A stretch of 64,000 nucleotides of DNA from the NCBI GenBank assembly GCA_047967505.1, contig CM106538.1. One strand, written 5' to 3'. The position numbers were made by a program, and so were the translations under genes. The DNA comes from Dipteris shenzhenensis. Lineage: Eukaryota. Within the stretch, counting starts at the first letter, position 1. Every line of letters begins with the position of its first letter. The notes under the pieces were generated by a model that was not told the DNA's origin, ran no database searches, and worked only from the letters and a program-made list of their open reading frames with translations. Positions 63,768-64,000 of this stretch are shown here, one piece after another.

Positions 63768-63780
63768 GGCTCTGATACCA
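63768..63780 (-). other. Primer-binding site complementary to the tRNA-iMet 3' end
   Basis: TGGTATCAGAGCC directly after the 5' LTR end. Confidence 0.95.
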
Positions 63781-64000
63781 TGTTGGTAAGCTGAAAGGAA
63801 AGGAAAGAGTGGACACAAACTCAGAATACTTGCATTACTTGCTTGTAGAATGAAGAAGAGTGAGGTCCTTAAGTAGGCACCTCATACATGCTCACTGACA
63901 TCACTGATGACTTCAGAGCTCCACAATCATCTCCTCAATCTGCTCCTAGATTCTCTCAATCATCCTATGTGGCTCTTCCACCACCTAATTGTGCTTGTGG

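Larger units (their letters stand above)
61411..64000 (-). mobile_element. Gag-only non-autonomous LTR retroelement (TR-GAG-like), Copia-type; 5' LTR runs off the window
   Basis: 3' LTR 61411..61707 (TGTTGG...CCAACA). 5' LTR from 63781, with 3 mismatches in the 220 bp visible. PBS TGGTATCAGAGCC (63780..63768). PPT GAGGGGGGG next to the 3' LTR. The interior holds only gag. Confidence 0.92.

Overview
Repeat-rich eukaryotic nuclear DNA from a land plant. A seed-free vascular plant such as a fern is my guess from the PLS-PPR style and the TE content; this is inference only. There are two apparently intact spliced host genes: a 5-exon pectin methylesterase on the minus strand (9405..7699) and a 4-exon family-16 (METTL21-like) protein methyltransferase on the plus strand (41836..52237) with an 8.6 kb TE-filled first intron. 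Most of the rest is nested, decayed transposon sequence: Copia, several Gypsy elements (one with a chromodomain, one with a long extra ORF), L1-type LINE pieces, a tRNA-type SINE and tandem arrays. Five things stand out. (1) A young gag-only LTR element (TR-GAG-like) at the right end, with an intact 276-aa Gag, PBS, PPT and near-identical LTRs but no pol. (2) A Pack-MULE-like mosaic at the left end carrying fragments of unrelated host genes (PLS-PPR, PDR/ABCG, MCU), partly tandem-duplicated. (3) A decayed Sola-like DDD transposase. (4) A chromovirus whose protease is fused in frame to integrase at a palindromic GGCATGCC microhomology. (5) A ~540-bp tandem array sitting inside a Gypsy RT. All calls come from manual translation and motif recognition; no searches were run.
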